The notes under the pieces were generated by a model. That model was not told the DNA's origin and searched no databases. It saw only the letters and a program-made list of their open reading frames with translations. Positions 55,293 through 64,000 of a DNA stretch of 64,000 nucleotides are shown one piece after another. The translations under genes and the position numbers were made by a program. Source of the DNA: an archaeon GW2011_AR15. GTDB lineage: Archaea > Nanobdellota > Nanobdellia > Woesearchaeales > GW2011-AR15. The stretch spans positions 352,001 to 416,000 of the forward strand of contig CP010425.1 of NCBI GenBank assembly GCA_000830295.1, written 5' to 3'. The first letter of the stretch is position 1; every line of letters starts with the position of its first letter.

Positions 55293-57119
55293 ATGCTAAA
55301 GAGACTAAGAAAATTCATTATAGGGGAGAGGCTTCCAAGCTGGGAATTCAAGCATCAAAAGCTTTCCAAGACTTTGGCTCTGGCTGTATTTTCCTCTGAC
55401 TCGTTGTCATCAGTCGCATACGCTACAGAAGAGATATTACTGGTACTGGTTACTGCAGGTGTTGCATTCCTGTCATATTCGCTGCCTATTGCCCTTGCAA
55501 TACTGATTCTCCTCTGGATACTTATAGTATCTTACAGGCAGACAATAGAAGCATATCCAAATGGTGGCGGGGCATATATTGTGGCAAAAGAAAACCTCGG
55601 GAAATACCCCGGGCTTGTTGCTGCCGCAGCACTGCTGCTTGACTATGTCCTGACTGCCGCTGTAAGCGTGGCTGCTGGTGTGGCTGCTGTCACTTCTGCA
55701 TTCCCTGAATTATTGCCGTATAAAGTGGCTATCGGAGTATTTGTGCTTATACTGATTTCACTGCTGAATCTCAAGGGCGTCAAAGAATCAGGGGTTATAT
55801 TCTCAATACCTACATATTTGTTTATAATCACATTTTTCATCATGATTGGCGTAGGCTTTTACAGGTATTTTACAGGCCAGATTGTCCCTGTTCCAAGCGA
55901 AGGCGTAACCATTGTTGCGGGCTTCTCTGCTTTCCTCCTGCTGAGGGCTTTTTCTTCAGGCTGTGCTGCGCTTACAGGAATTGAGGCTGTCTCAAACGGT
56001 GTACCTGCTTTCAAAGAGCCCGCCAGCAAAAATGCAAGAACGACACTCCTTGCCATGGCAATCATACTGTCCATCCTGTTTTTTGGCATAACCTTCCTTG
56101 CGCTCCAGTACCATATAACGCCGGCCAGTGAAAGGACTGTAGTCTCAATGCTTGCAGAAGGTGTATTCGGAAAAGGCGCGATGTTCTTTATAGTACAAAT
56201 ATTCACAATGATGATTTTATTTTTGGCTGCAAACACAAGTTTTGCTGATTTCCCGAGGCTGTGCTTTTTCCTTGCAAAAGACAAGTACCTGCCAAACCAG
56301 TTCAAGCAGCTCGGGGACCGCCTTGTTTTCTCAAATGGGATAATCTTTCTCGGCATAGCAGCATCTGCCCTGATAATCTTTTTCGGAGGAAGTGTCCATC
56401 ATCTTATTCCCCTGTATGCCATAGGTGTGTTCACTTCTTTTACACTATCGCAGGCCGGGATGGTAAGAAAAAACATCAAAGACAAGGTGGTGCCAGGCAG
56501 AAAGAGGGCCATTGTAATAAATGCTGTGGGAAGCGTAGTGACTTTCATCGCGCTTATCATAATCGCTGTTACAAAATTTGCTCTGGGAGCATGGATGATT
56601 GTTATTTTGCTGCCGATTTTTGTCCTGCTGCTGAATAATATACACAACCATTATGCCAAGCTGGCCAGGCAGCTTTCTGTTGAAGACCTGAAAGCCCCGC
56701 TTCCGAAAAATGTTGATGATAAGCATCTGATGATTGTGCTTGTCCCTTCATTCCACAAAGGCGTAATAAAATCAATAAGATTTGCAAAAGCATTCTGCAG
56801 GAATGTAAAGGCTGTGCATATAAATATGAGCGGTGGCGAAAAAAAGAAACTTCTGGAGAAATGGGAGAAATTCGAACCGGGCATTGAGCTTGTTATACTC
56901 GATTCTCCTTATAGGATACTTGTCGGCACATTGATGAAATACCTTGATGAGCTGGAAAAGGACCCGAAGCTGAATGTCACTGTTGTTGTCCCGGAGTTCG
57001 TGCCTGTAAAGTTCTGGCACCACCTGCTACACAATCAGACTGGGTTTGCCTTAAGGACAGCAATCTATTTCAGAAAAAGAACTTCTTACATTAGCGTGCA
57101 GTACCATCTTGATGAATAG
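55293..57119 (+). CDS. kimA: KimA-like APC-superfamily K+ transporter
   Basis: SSDSLSSVAYATEEIL, YPNGGGAY, GCAALTGIEAVSNGV, SPYR and LHNQT motifs. Confidence 0.85.
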   Translation: MLKRLRKFIIGERLPSWEFKHQKLSKTLALAVFSSDSLSSVAYATEEILLVLVTAGVAFLSYSLPIALAILILLWILIVSYRQTIEAYPNGGGAYIVAKENLGKYPGLVAAAALLLDYVLTAAVSVAAGVAAVTSAFPELLPYKVAIGVFVLILISLLNLKGVKESGVIFSIPTYLFIITFFIMIGVGFYRYFTGQIVPVPSEGVTIVAGFSAFLLLRAFSSGCAALTGIEAVSNGVPAFKEPASKNARTTLLAMAIILSILFFGITFLALQYHITPASERTVVSMLAEGVFGKGAMFFIVQIFTMMILFLAANTSFADFPRLCFFLAKDKYLPNQFKQLGDRLVFSNGIIFLGIAASALIIFFGGSVHHLIPLYAIGVFTSFTLSQAGMVRKNIKDKVVPGRKRAIVINAVGSVVTFIALIIIAVTKFALGAWMIVILLPIFVLLLNNIHNHYAKLARQLSVEDLKAPLPKNVDDKHLMIVLVPSFHKGVIKSIRFAKAFCRNVKAVHINMSGGEKKKLLEKWEKFEPGIELVILDSPYRILVGTLMKYLDELEKDPKLNVTVVVPEFVPVKFWHHLLHNQTGFALRTAIYFRKRTSYISVQYHLDE

Positions 57120-57147
57120 GTTTTAATATAACTCTTTTTAACTCTGG

Positions 57148-57684
57148 TTGATGATGGGAAAATGCTGCGCTTATTTTGAGCTTGATTTGAACAGCCTGGA
57201 ATACAGCAGGAGAGCCTCTGCAAGAGATGATACTGTGTTTAGCCTTTATTTTAAAGGTTGGGCGCCTGATTCTTTGGAGGCAAGGGGAAGCAGCTCATTT
57301 GTTTCAAGGCATGATTCTCTGCCATCTGCCTCGCTGGGAGAGATAGAGCATACCCTCGAGCTTATAGGCTACCCTGCGCATGCAGGGGTTTCTGTAAATG
57401 AATACCTGGCCAAGCTGGCAATGATATATTCATTCAGATGGGGAAAAAATCCTTTAATTCTGGGAATGGGTGATGTTACTGATTTATTGTACCGGGAGCG
57501 TCTGGTACCGGGAGCTTTGCCTGGCATAAAAAGAAAAATATTAAGCGGTATTTTCAATTATTACCAGAAATCTGAGCTGACAATCGGCGATTTTGCATAC
57601 ATGTCCCCTTCTGAACTGAGAAACTTTGCCAATGATAAAGTCATGGGCATACACCGCCAGCTTAACGGGAAGGTTGAGCCGTAA
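57148..57684 (+). CDS. Hypothetical protein
   Basis: 178-aa ORF with a TATA ~23 nt upstream. Confidence 0.5.
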   Translation: MMMGKCCAYFELDLNSLEYSRRASARDDTVFSLYFKGWAPDSLEARGSSSFVSRHDSLPSASLGEIEHTLELIGYPAHAGVSVNEYLAKLAMIYSFRWGKNPLILGMGDVTDLLYRERLVPGALPGIKRKILSGIFNYYQKSELTIGDFAYMSPSELRNFANDKVMGIHRQLNGKVEP

Positions 57685-57689
57685 TCCTG

Positions 57690-58100
57690 CTATTTTGCCA
57701 GATATTCCAGGATCTGCGGCAGTGTCAGTCCTGCATTATATATAGTATATACTGCTGTAGCAAGTGTCACAGTATTAGCCGCAGCGCCTATCGCTTTAGG
57801 GATTGCAAATATTGTTCCCGCAACCCTGCTGCTAAATCCGGTAAATCTTTCGATGTTGCCAGCCAGGGCAGCTGACGCATAAATATATGCTGCACTGAGA
57901 CCAAACACTCCTATTTCCGGGCCGAAGATTTCAAATGCTCCTCTTGCCGGAGCGTATAATTCGCTGTCAATTCCGACTATCTTTACACCAATATACGTTG
58001 TGACTGCATCCAGAGCTGTTGCTGCGCAGAGAAAAATAAAGAGGTTTTTATTATCTTTTATAAAGTCCTTCCTCGCCTCTATGAAGTCCTCAAGCCCCAT
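57690..58100 (-). CDS. Small membrane protein (DUF5658-like), paralog 1
   Basis: LDAVTTYIGV...GIDSEL.P pattern; TM helices. Confidence 0.65.
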   Translation of the reverse strand: MGLEDFIEARKDFIKDNKNLFIFLCAATALDAVTTYIGVKIVGIDSELYAPARGAFEIFGPEIGVFGLSAAYIYASAALAGNIERFTGFSSRVAGTIFAIPKAIGAAANTVTLATAVYTIYNAGLTLPQILEYLAK

Positions 58101-58145
58101 ATTAAATGTGAAAAAGAGGTTATTTAAGAATCGTTGCTTTTTATT

Positions 58146-58514
58146 TTAATTATAAAGCTTAATTGCCTCATTAACAAGCGCAACAGTATTGAGAAGTCCT
58201 AAAATATATTTATAGGCGCCACCCGCCGTCATTATATAGCTTGCCTTTATTCCCAGGCCTTTCTCAACAATATCGGCAGAATAAATAAAAAGGGGCAGGT
58301 ATGCCAGATGAACCCCAAGCAATCCTATTTCCGGGCTAGTAGTGTGCATCAGAGATCTAAAAACCGGATTTATTTCAGTATCAATCCCATAGACCCTAAC
58401 CCCTATATAAGTTGAAACAGAATCCAAGAGAAACCCTGCTGTGAGAAAAAGAAATGCGTCTTCATTATTTTTAACTATCTCTTTGCCCCAATCCACAATT
58501 TCTTCAAGCTTCAT
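58146..58514 (-). CDS. Small membrane protein (DUF5658-like), paralog 2
   Basis: LDSVSTYIGV...GIDTEINP; aligns by eye with the neighbour (PEIG, NTV). Confidence 0.65.
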   Translation of the reverse strand: MKLEEIVDWGKEIVKNNEDAFLFLTAGFLLDSVSTYIGVRVYGIDTEINPVFRSLMHTTSPEIGLLGVHLAYLPLFIYSADIVEKGLGIKASYIMTAGGAYKYILGLLNTVALVNEAIKLYN

Positions 58515-58594
58515 TCGGGGCTGTAGATAAAAACTATATAAAAAGCTATCCCAAAACAACATTTATATAAAATAACTCCAACCACCCCATCTCT

Positions 58595-59512
58595 ATGAAA
58601 GAGCTGACCTCATTAGACCTGCACTATCTCCTGCAGGAGCTGAAAGTAATTGAAGGCGGAAAAATAGACAAGGTATTCCAGAGCAACAATACTATATGCT
58701 TCCAGCTGCACATACCCAATGCAGGAAAGAAATACCTCACTGTGATACTGCCAAGCATGCTTTTCCTTACAAACAAAAAAGATTCAGGGGAAGGAAAATT
58801 CGGCCTTTCAATAAGAAAGCACATAAGCAATGTCTGGATAAAGAGCATAGAGCAGCTGGGATTTGAAAGGATAATAAAATTGGAGCTGGAATCAAAAAAC
58901 AGGTGTGCCCTTTACATCGAGCTTCTCAGGCCGGGCAATATAATCCTTGCAGATGATAAAAATAAAATCATAATGGCCCTGGACTACAAGGGCTTCGGGA
59001 CAAGGACAATAAGGCCCAACATAGAATACGAATATCCAAAGAGGGATGTTGACTTCCTCACGCTCAAAGAGGCAGAACTGGTTAAATTACTGGAAAAATC
59101 AGACAGGAACAGCATTGTGGTGACGCTGGCAACTGAGCTCGGGCTGGGCGGGAAATATGCAGAAGAGCTCTGCGAGCTGGCAGAAATAGACAAGAAAAAA
59201 TCGCATATTGATATAAAAGAAATAAAGAGGCTTTACGGGGCTATTGAAAAACTCAGGCTGCCGAAGAAAATAAACGAGCAGCTGGCAGAAGAGCATAAAG
59301 AAGAGAAAGAGGAGAAAAAAGAAAGCCTGCATGGGAAAAAGAAGCAGCAGATCCTGAGCATAATAAAGCAGCAGGAAATGACAATAAAGGGGCTCGAGAT
59401 ATCAGCAGGGGAAAACCAGAAAAAGGGCAACCTGATATACGAGAATTACCAGAAAGTTGACAAGCTGCTGAAAGAAAGCAAGGGAAAGGTTTCTGTGGAC
59501 ATAGAGCTTTGA
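58595..59512 (+). CDS. NFACT/Rqc2 (RqcH-like) N-terminal portion, short form
   Basis: SLDL..L..EL, KIDKVFQ, F...IRKH, QLGFERII, EL...GNIIL, LGGKYAEE.C and G.LIYENY motifs. Confidence 0.8.
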   Translation: MKELTSLDLHYLLQELKVIEGGKIDKVFQSNNTICFQLHIPNAGKKYLTVILPSMLFLTNKKDSGEGKFGLSIRKHISNVWIKSIEQLGFERIIKLELESKNRCALYIELLRPGNIILADDKNKIIMALDYKGFGTRTIRPNIEYEYPKRDVDFLTLKEAELVKLLEKSDRNSIVVTLATELGLGGKYAEELCELAEIDKKKSHIDIKEIKRLYGAIEKLRLPKKINEQLAEEHKEEKEEKKESLHGKKKQQILSIIKQQEMTIKGLEISAGENQKKGNLIYENYQKVDKLLKESKGKVSVDIEL

Positions 59513-60213
59513 AGATGATAGCAGTAATAATCCCGACTTATAATGAAAGGGAGAACATAATGCCTTTGATTATATCTATAGAAAAAAATCTGCCTGGTGC
59601 AGAAATAATTGTCGTTGATGATAATTCACCGGACGGCACAGGGGAGCTGGTCAAAAAAAACAGGAAAGTCCGCCTTATAACAAATCCGGAAAAAACAGGG
59701 CTTGGCAGAGCATATCTTAAGGGCATGGATTATGCAGTGAAGAAGCTGAAGGCAGATGTTCTTATAGAGATTGATGCTGATTTTTCCCATGACCCAAAAG
59801 ACCTTCCTGCACTGGTAAAGATGGCAGAAGAGTATGATTTGGTATTGGGCTCCAGATACATAAAGGGCGGCTCTATCCCAAAAAAATGGCCTTTTTACAG
59901 GAAATTCCTGAGTGCTGCCGGAAACTCTTTCATAAGATTCATGCTAGGCAGGAAAATAAGGGACTGGAGCACAGGCTACAGGGCAATAAGAAAAAAGGTA
60001 TATCTGGACATAGGAAATGAGATAAACCAGGACATGTTTTACGGCTACACGTTCCAGATCGGATTTCTTTACAAAGCAATGAAGAGGGGCTACAAAATAG
60101 CAGAAGTTCCCATACACTTCAGGGACAGGACAAAGGGAAAATCAAAGCTGGGCATGGAATACCTTCTCAACACATTCATATACATAATAAAGATAAAATT
60201 AGGCATGAAATAG
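59509..60213 (+). CDS. Polyprenol-phosphate mannose synthase (DPM1-like GT2)
   Basis: IPTYNERENI, VDDNSPDGTG, GLGRAY, DADFSHDP, GSRY..GG and F.DR..GKSK motifs. Confidence 0.92.
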   Translation: MKMIAVIIPTYNERENIMPLIISIEKNLPGAEIIVVDDNSPDGTGELVKKNRKVRLITNPEKTGLGRAYLKGMDYAVKKLKADVLIEIDADFSHDPKDLPALVKMAEEYDLVLGSRYIKGGSIPKKWPFYRKFLSAAGNSFIRFMLGRKIRDWSTGYRAIRKKVYLDIGNEINQDMFYGYTFQIGFLYKAMKRGYKIAEVPIHFRDRTKGKSKLGMEYLLNTFIYIIKIKLGMK

Positions 60214-60243
60214 GGCGGTCCGGAACATCAGGGAAAGGGAGTC

Positions 60244-60266
60244 GTAGAGGGGACATTCCCCTCTGC
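60244..60266. other. GC-rich intergenic hairpin (REP-like or terminator-like)
   Basis: GTAGAGGGGA-CAT-TCCCCTCTGC, 10-bp stem. Confidence 0.4.
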
Positions 60267-60336
60267 TATATCAGGAGCTCAAATTTTCTATATCACATTG
60301 GCAAAATATAAAAACAAAGTAAGCTTCAGGGGCAGT

Positions 60337-61839
60337 ATGGAGTTAAAAACAAGGCACATTATACTTATAGTGCTGTTCACGCTGTATTTTTCAGCCAGGC
60401 TGTTCTTCTCCCTGCAGACCCCGGAGTTCAGCTCGGACTACTCTTATTTCGCCCTGAGGCAGATAGAGCATATACAGCAGACAGGCCTCCCTCTTTCGGA
60501 TGACCTGCTCAGCTATGGCGGAAGGAACTTTGTGGTCATGCCGTTTTATTTCTATATACTGGCAGCTCTTACCATGTTCCTCCCAGAGATAATAACAATA
60601 AAAATAGTCAACACGCTGCTGGCTTCCTCTCTCATTGCTGCCATGTACCTTGTCTGCAGGAAAGTATTGCAGAACAGGCGGGTTTCCATTATCTGCTCTG
60701 TTGTGGCTGCAACAATGCCGGTCTATATAAGCCAGACCCTGAATGACATAAGCCCGCTTTCCCTTATCCTGCCGGGAAGCCTGTTCCTGCTCTATCTTTT
60801 CCTGGTGCTGGAAAAGAAGCGTGCAATAGATTATGCAATACTTTTAAGCATCGTGCTGGCCCTGGTCTCTTCCTCAAGCTTCATACTTCTCCTTGGCTTT
60901 ATTGTCTACCTTATACTGAAATATCTTGACAAGCATGCAATCTCAAAAGCCAGATTTGAGTTTACTGCCTTTTTCCTTTTGTTCCTGCTGTGGATAAATA
61001 TAATCGTCTACAAGCAGGCTTTCCAGGAGCACAGCTTCTCCATTGTGCTGAGAAACCTCCCGCAGGTTCTCCTGGACAGCTATTTCGCAGACCTGAGCAT
61101 ACAAAAGGTTATCCTCGGAATAGGGGTTTTTCCCTTTTTTTTCGGGCTCTACACAGTCAGCATATACCTTTTCAGGAAAAAGAGCGAGAACATCCTTCTT
61201 TTCATCAGCCTGTTCATCTCAGCTTTCGGCCTGCTGTGGTTCAAGGTCGTTGAGATTGAGGTTGCCCTGGCTTTCCTGGGCATAGCTCTGGCAGTATTGT
61301 TCGGACAGGCGCTGAAGAGCCTGCGGGTCTATATGAAAAGGACAAAGTTCGCAAAAAGGGCTGAGATGATATTCAACATACTTCTGGTGGTTCTGATGAT
61401 AAGCCATATTTTTCCAGGCGTTTATCTGATATACCAGGAATCGGGAAAAAGCTTCAGCACAGAATATATTGAGGGATTCAGGTGGCTCGCAAATAACACC
61501 CCTGAAGACAGCGTTGTCCTGGCTCTCCCTGAAGAAGGCCACCTTGTGGCTTATTTCGGAAAAAGAAAGAATGTTATTGACAATGATTTCCTGCTTGTTG
61601 GAGATGCCAACGAGAGGTTCAACGACGTCCTGCTGTTCTATACCTGGAGGTTCAAGGTGCCTGCTGTCAGGGTCCTTGAGAAATACAGTGTGGATTATGT
61701 CATAGTTTCAGAAAAGATTAAGGATTACAGGATTACAGAAAACCTGCTGAAAAGCGAATCATGCTTCGTGCCTGTCTATGAGGGAAGCATAACAGTATAC
61801 AGGAACAGGTGGGACAAGGATGTGTGCAGTGTAATATGA
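60337..61839 (+). CDS. GT-C/STT3-like polytopic membrane protein
   Basis: RL...DYSYF..R in the first loop; WL..NTPEDSVV....EEGH; KY.VDYV. Confidence 0.68.
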   Translation: MELKTRHIILIVLFTLYFSARLFFSLQTPEFSSDYSYFALRQIEHIQQTGLPLSDDLLSYGGRNFVVMPFYFYILAALTMFLPEIITIKIVNTLLASSLIAAMYLVCRKVLQNRRVSIICSVVAATMPVYISQTLNDISPLSLILPGSLFLLYLFLVLEKKRAIDYAILLSIVLALVSSSSFILLLGFIVYLILKYLDKHAISKARFEFTAFFLLFLLWINIIVYKQAFQEHSFSIVLRNLPQVLLDSYFADLSIQKVILGIGVFPFFFGLYTVSIYLFRKKSENILLFISLFISAFGLLWFKVVEIEVALAFLGIALAVLFGQALKSLRVYMKRTKFAKRAEMIFNILLVVLMISHIFPGVYLIYQESGKSFSTEYIEGFRWLANNTPEDSVVLALPEEGHLVAYFGKRKNVIDNDFLLVGDANERFNDVLLFYTWRFKVPAVRVLEKYSVDYVIVSEKIKDYRITENLLKSESCFVPVYEGSITVYRNRWDKDVCSVI

Positions 61840-63194
61840 TGCCGGAGGAAAAAAGGGAATTGCTTGTAATTATGGCTGTTGCCGCCCTGGTGCTCGGCGC
61901 CATGCTCTTTTTCAGGATAGGGAACACTGAAGTCCTGCCGTTCTACGGCCAGTACGAGCATCTCGCTGCGATAAGGAGCAGGGAAGTCTCACAGATAAAC
62001 CCTCACATGCCGGACCTCCTCCTCTCATATTCTGGCACTCCTGTCTTCCTTATGAGGGTCCTGCCCTTCATCATTGGGCTCTGCAATATCGCCCTGCTTT
62101 ATTTTATACTTGGAAAGATAATAAAAAAACCAAAACAGAGGCTCCTGACAATGGCTGCAGTAATGGCCTCCCCCGTATTCTTTTTCCTATACGGCTCGTA
62201 TAACTCGCTTTTCCTCCCTCTCTTTTTCATACTTTTGGGCACTTTACTTATACTAAAAAACAGCTACTTTTGGGCCCTGCTCTGCTTTCTCGCAGGACTT
62301 GCAGCAACGCCAAGGATGTTTTTCGCTATTGCCATATGCCTGATTGTGATATTTGAAAGGCTGAAGAGCAAAAAGGGATTGTACCCTTTCCTGGGGATTG
62401 TGGCTGTTGTCATATTCTTCATGGCTGTCAATGCCGTCTCCTTTGACATCAGCTTCTATAATATGCTGACTGAGCACATAGCCGACCTCGGGGCGGTGGT
62501 GGGCGTCGGCATATTCGGGATTGTGCTCTCCTTAGTAGGCATAATTATTTCCTGGAAGGATAAGCACAGCCATGCGTTTATCTATGTGGCTCTCCTGTCT
62601 TTTGCTGTCTTCACGCTCTACGACCCCCACTATATTGTCTTCGTTGACCTGATAATGTCATACTATATCGGTGTGGCTCTTTATATCATGGTCAGCAGGA
62701 GATGGTCTGCAAAGATTGTGGGGAACTACATCCTCGTGCTTGTGGCCTGCGGGCTGATATTTTCCCCGGGCGCCTACATAAAAAAAATTTCCGAAGCCGG
62801 GCCTTATGATACAGAGGTCAGCAGCCTGGAATGGCTTTCCGGCCGGAACAACACGGGAAAAGTGCTCTCACATTATGAATTCGGCTCTCTTATAGAGGCT
62901 GTGAGCGGGCTTGATGCTTATATAGATAGATCATATTTCACTTATTCAAAAGACAGAACAAGGATAAACAATGCAGATGCAATATTCCAGTCAAGGAATC
63001 CTACAGAAATAATGGGTTTTCTGGACAGAAATAGTATTGAGTATATCTGGATTAGCAGCGAGATGAAAAGCGGACTTGTCTGGGAGAAAGAAGATGAGGG
63101 TATGCTGCTGGTAATGCAGACAGACGGCAGCTTCAGGAAGATATATGACTTTATGGATATTGAAATATGGAAGTATGAAACTCCTGTTAATTAG
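61836..63194 (+). CDS. Second GT-C/STT3-like polytopic membrane protein
   Basis: ATGA overlap; LEWL...KVLSHYEFG..I and IEYIW motifs; paralogous architecture. Confidence 0.65.
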   Translation: MMPEEKRELLVIMAVAALVLGAMLFFRIGNTEVLPFYGQYEHLAAIRSREVSQINPHMPDLLLSYSGTPVFLMRVLPFIIGLCNIALLYFILGKIIKKPKQRLLTMAAVMASPVFFFLYGSYNSLFLPLFFILLGTLLILKNSYFWALLCFLAGLAATPRMFFAIAICLIVIFERLKSKKGLYPFLGIVAVVIFFMAVNAVSFDISFYNMLTEHIADLGAVVGVGIFGIVLSLVGIIISWKDKHSHAFIYVALLSFAVFTLYDPHYIVFVDLIMSYYIGVALYIMVSRRWSAKIVGNYILVLVACGLIFSPGAYIKKISEAGPYDTEVSSLEWLSGRNNTGKVLSHYEFGSLIEAVSGLDAYIDRSYFTYSKDRTRINNADAIFQSRNPTEIMGFLDRNSIEYIWISSEMKSGLVWEKEDEGMLLVMQTDGSFRKIYDFMDIEIWKYETPVN

Positions 63195-63891
63195 CGTTGG
63201 CCTCTGCCTCGCATATCTCTGATTTTTCCTCGTAGCCGCCGCATATCTCAAACATGAGCTCATCCCTTGATGTAAATCCCTGGTAAACCCTGTCTCCCAC
63301 CACGACTGCAGGATATGATGTTATGTTAAAGCTTTTTTTAAGCACTGGGATAAGGGGCTCTTTTTCATAGTTTGAGTCCAGTGCAAATACCATCAGCTTA
63401 GTCTGGAACAAATCTTTGAGATATGTAAGTATGAACGCCTGGTCAGCGCAGTCTGGGCATGCCTCATCTGTTGAATAGAAATAAAGGACAGTGACAACAT
63501 CAAGGCTGCACATCTTCTCAATCCTCTGGAAAAGCAGCCAGTATCTCAGCTGGGCCTGCAGGTATTCCCTTCTCAGTATCTCAAATTCCTCCTGGTTTAT
63601 CTTAGACTCCTCATCATATGACTCCAGCCTAAGCCTGGTCTTCTCAAGATGATCAAGGGAAAGATCGTATATATTCGGGATTGTGCTGCACTCGTTTGTC
63701 TGGGAAAGCTGGTCTATGTAGAGATACAGCAGCTGTGCGGAGTTGTAGTCAAGCTTCTGGAACTGGTCCTCTTTTGTTATATATTCCAGCCTGTAATTTT
63801 CAACTATAAGGCCGAGAAAAAGCCCGAGAAGGAATATGCCGCCTGTAAGTATTGCAGCAAAAAGATATCTTCCTGAACTAAGATTCCTCAT
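63187..63891 (-). CDS. Membrane-anchored thioredoxin-fold protein
   Basis: N-terminal TM, coiled region, YFYS...CPDC and cis-Pro-like SYPAVVV. Confidence 0.72.
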   Translation of the reverse strand: MRNLSSGRYLFAAILTGGIFLLGLFLGLIVENYRLEYITKEDQFQKLDYNSAQLLYLYIDQLSQTNECSTIPNIYDLSLDHLEKTRLRLESYDEESKINQEEFEILRREYLQAQLRYWLLFQRIEKMCSLDVVTVLYFYSTDEACPDCADQAFILTYLKDLFQTKLMVFALDSNYEKEPLIPVLKKSFNITSYPAVVVGDRVYQGFTSRDELMFEICGGYEEKSEICEAEANAN

Positions 63892-63932
63892 ACCCTCAGT
63901 GTTTTTCTCATGGTTTATAAAGCTTTACGAAA

Positions 63933-64000
63933 TTACCACTCCTGCACTCTGGAAAAAATAATCTCAATGACTATGGCGCTCCATACAAAGGCCAGAAAAA
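63933..64000 (-). CDS. 3' end of a probable membrane protein running in from beyond the window
   Basis: Open frame FLAFVWSAIVIEIIFSRVQEW ending in TAA at 63933-63935. Confidence 0.4.
   Translation of the reverse strand, partial: FLAFVWSAIVIEIIFSRVQEW

Noticed and set aside
1-64000. CRISPR arrays, tRNA/rRNA genes, IS elements, prophage
   Set aside because: No spaced direct repeats, T-loop/anticodon-arm signatures, transposase or capsid motifs found by eye; intergenic spaces are short.

Overview
Gene-dense archaeal chromosome segment, most likely a DPANN/Woesearchaeota-like lineage. This is inferred from archaeal uS2, aIF5B, aEF-1beta, Cdc48, RadB, Trm1, Rio1, Fap7, Dim2, many TATA boxes ~23 nt before leaderless ATGs, and GGTGA/GGAGG Shine-Dalgarno sites. 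It contains a type IV pilus/Tad ATPase with two platform genes, a redox/Fe-S cluster (IscA, FNR, ferredoxin, MsrA) and a deoxyhypusine synthase + PLP decarboxylase operon. It also has a complete bacterial-type oxidative pentose phosphate operon (zwf-pgl-gnd) and a translation/SSU-maturation neighbourhood with an inserted PIN nuclease / RNA ligase pair. Other blocks are a DesII-like radical SAM gene, an HTH regulator divergent from a glmM-glmU-EamA-glmS-NNMT-like operon, many glycosyltransferases and a KimA-like K+ transporter. No rRNA, tRNA, CRISPR array or transposase was recognised. Best candidates for novelty: the PIN/ligase cut-and-seal pair among ribosome maturation genes, the regulated amino-sugar locus with DesII and an NNMT-like methylase, and three structured non-coding elements (a uS2 leader, an anti-SD sRNA, a ~95-nt rod). 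All product calls come from motif recognition by eye; no database searches were run.
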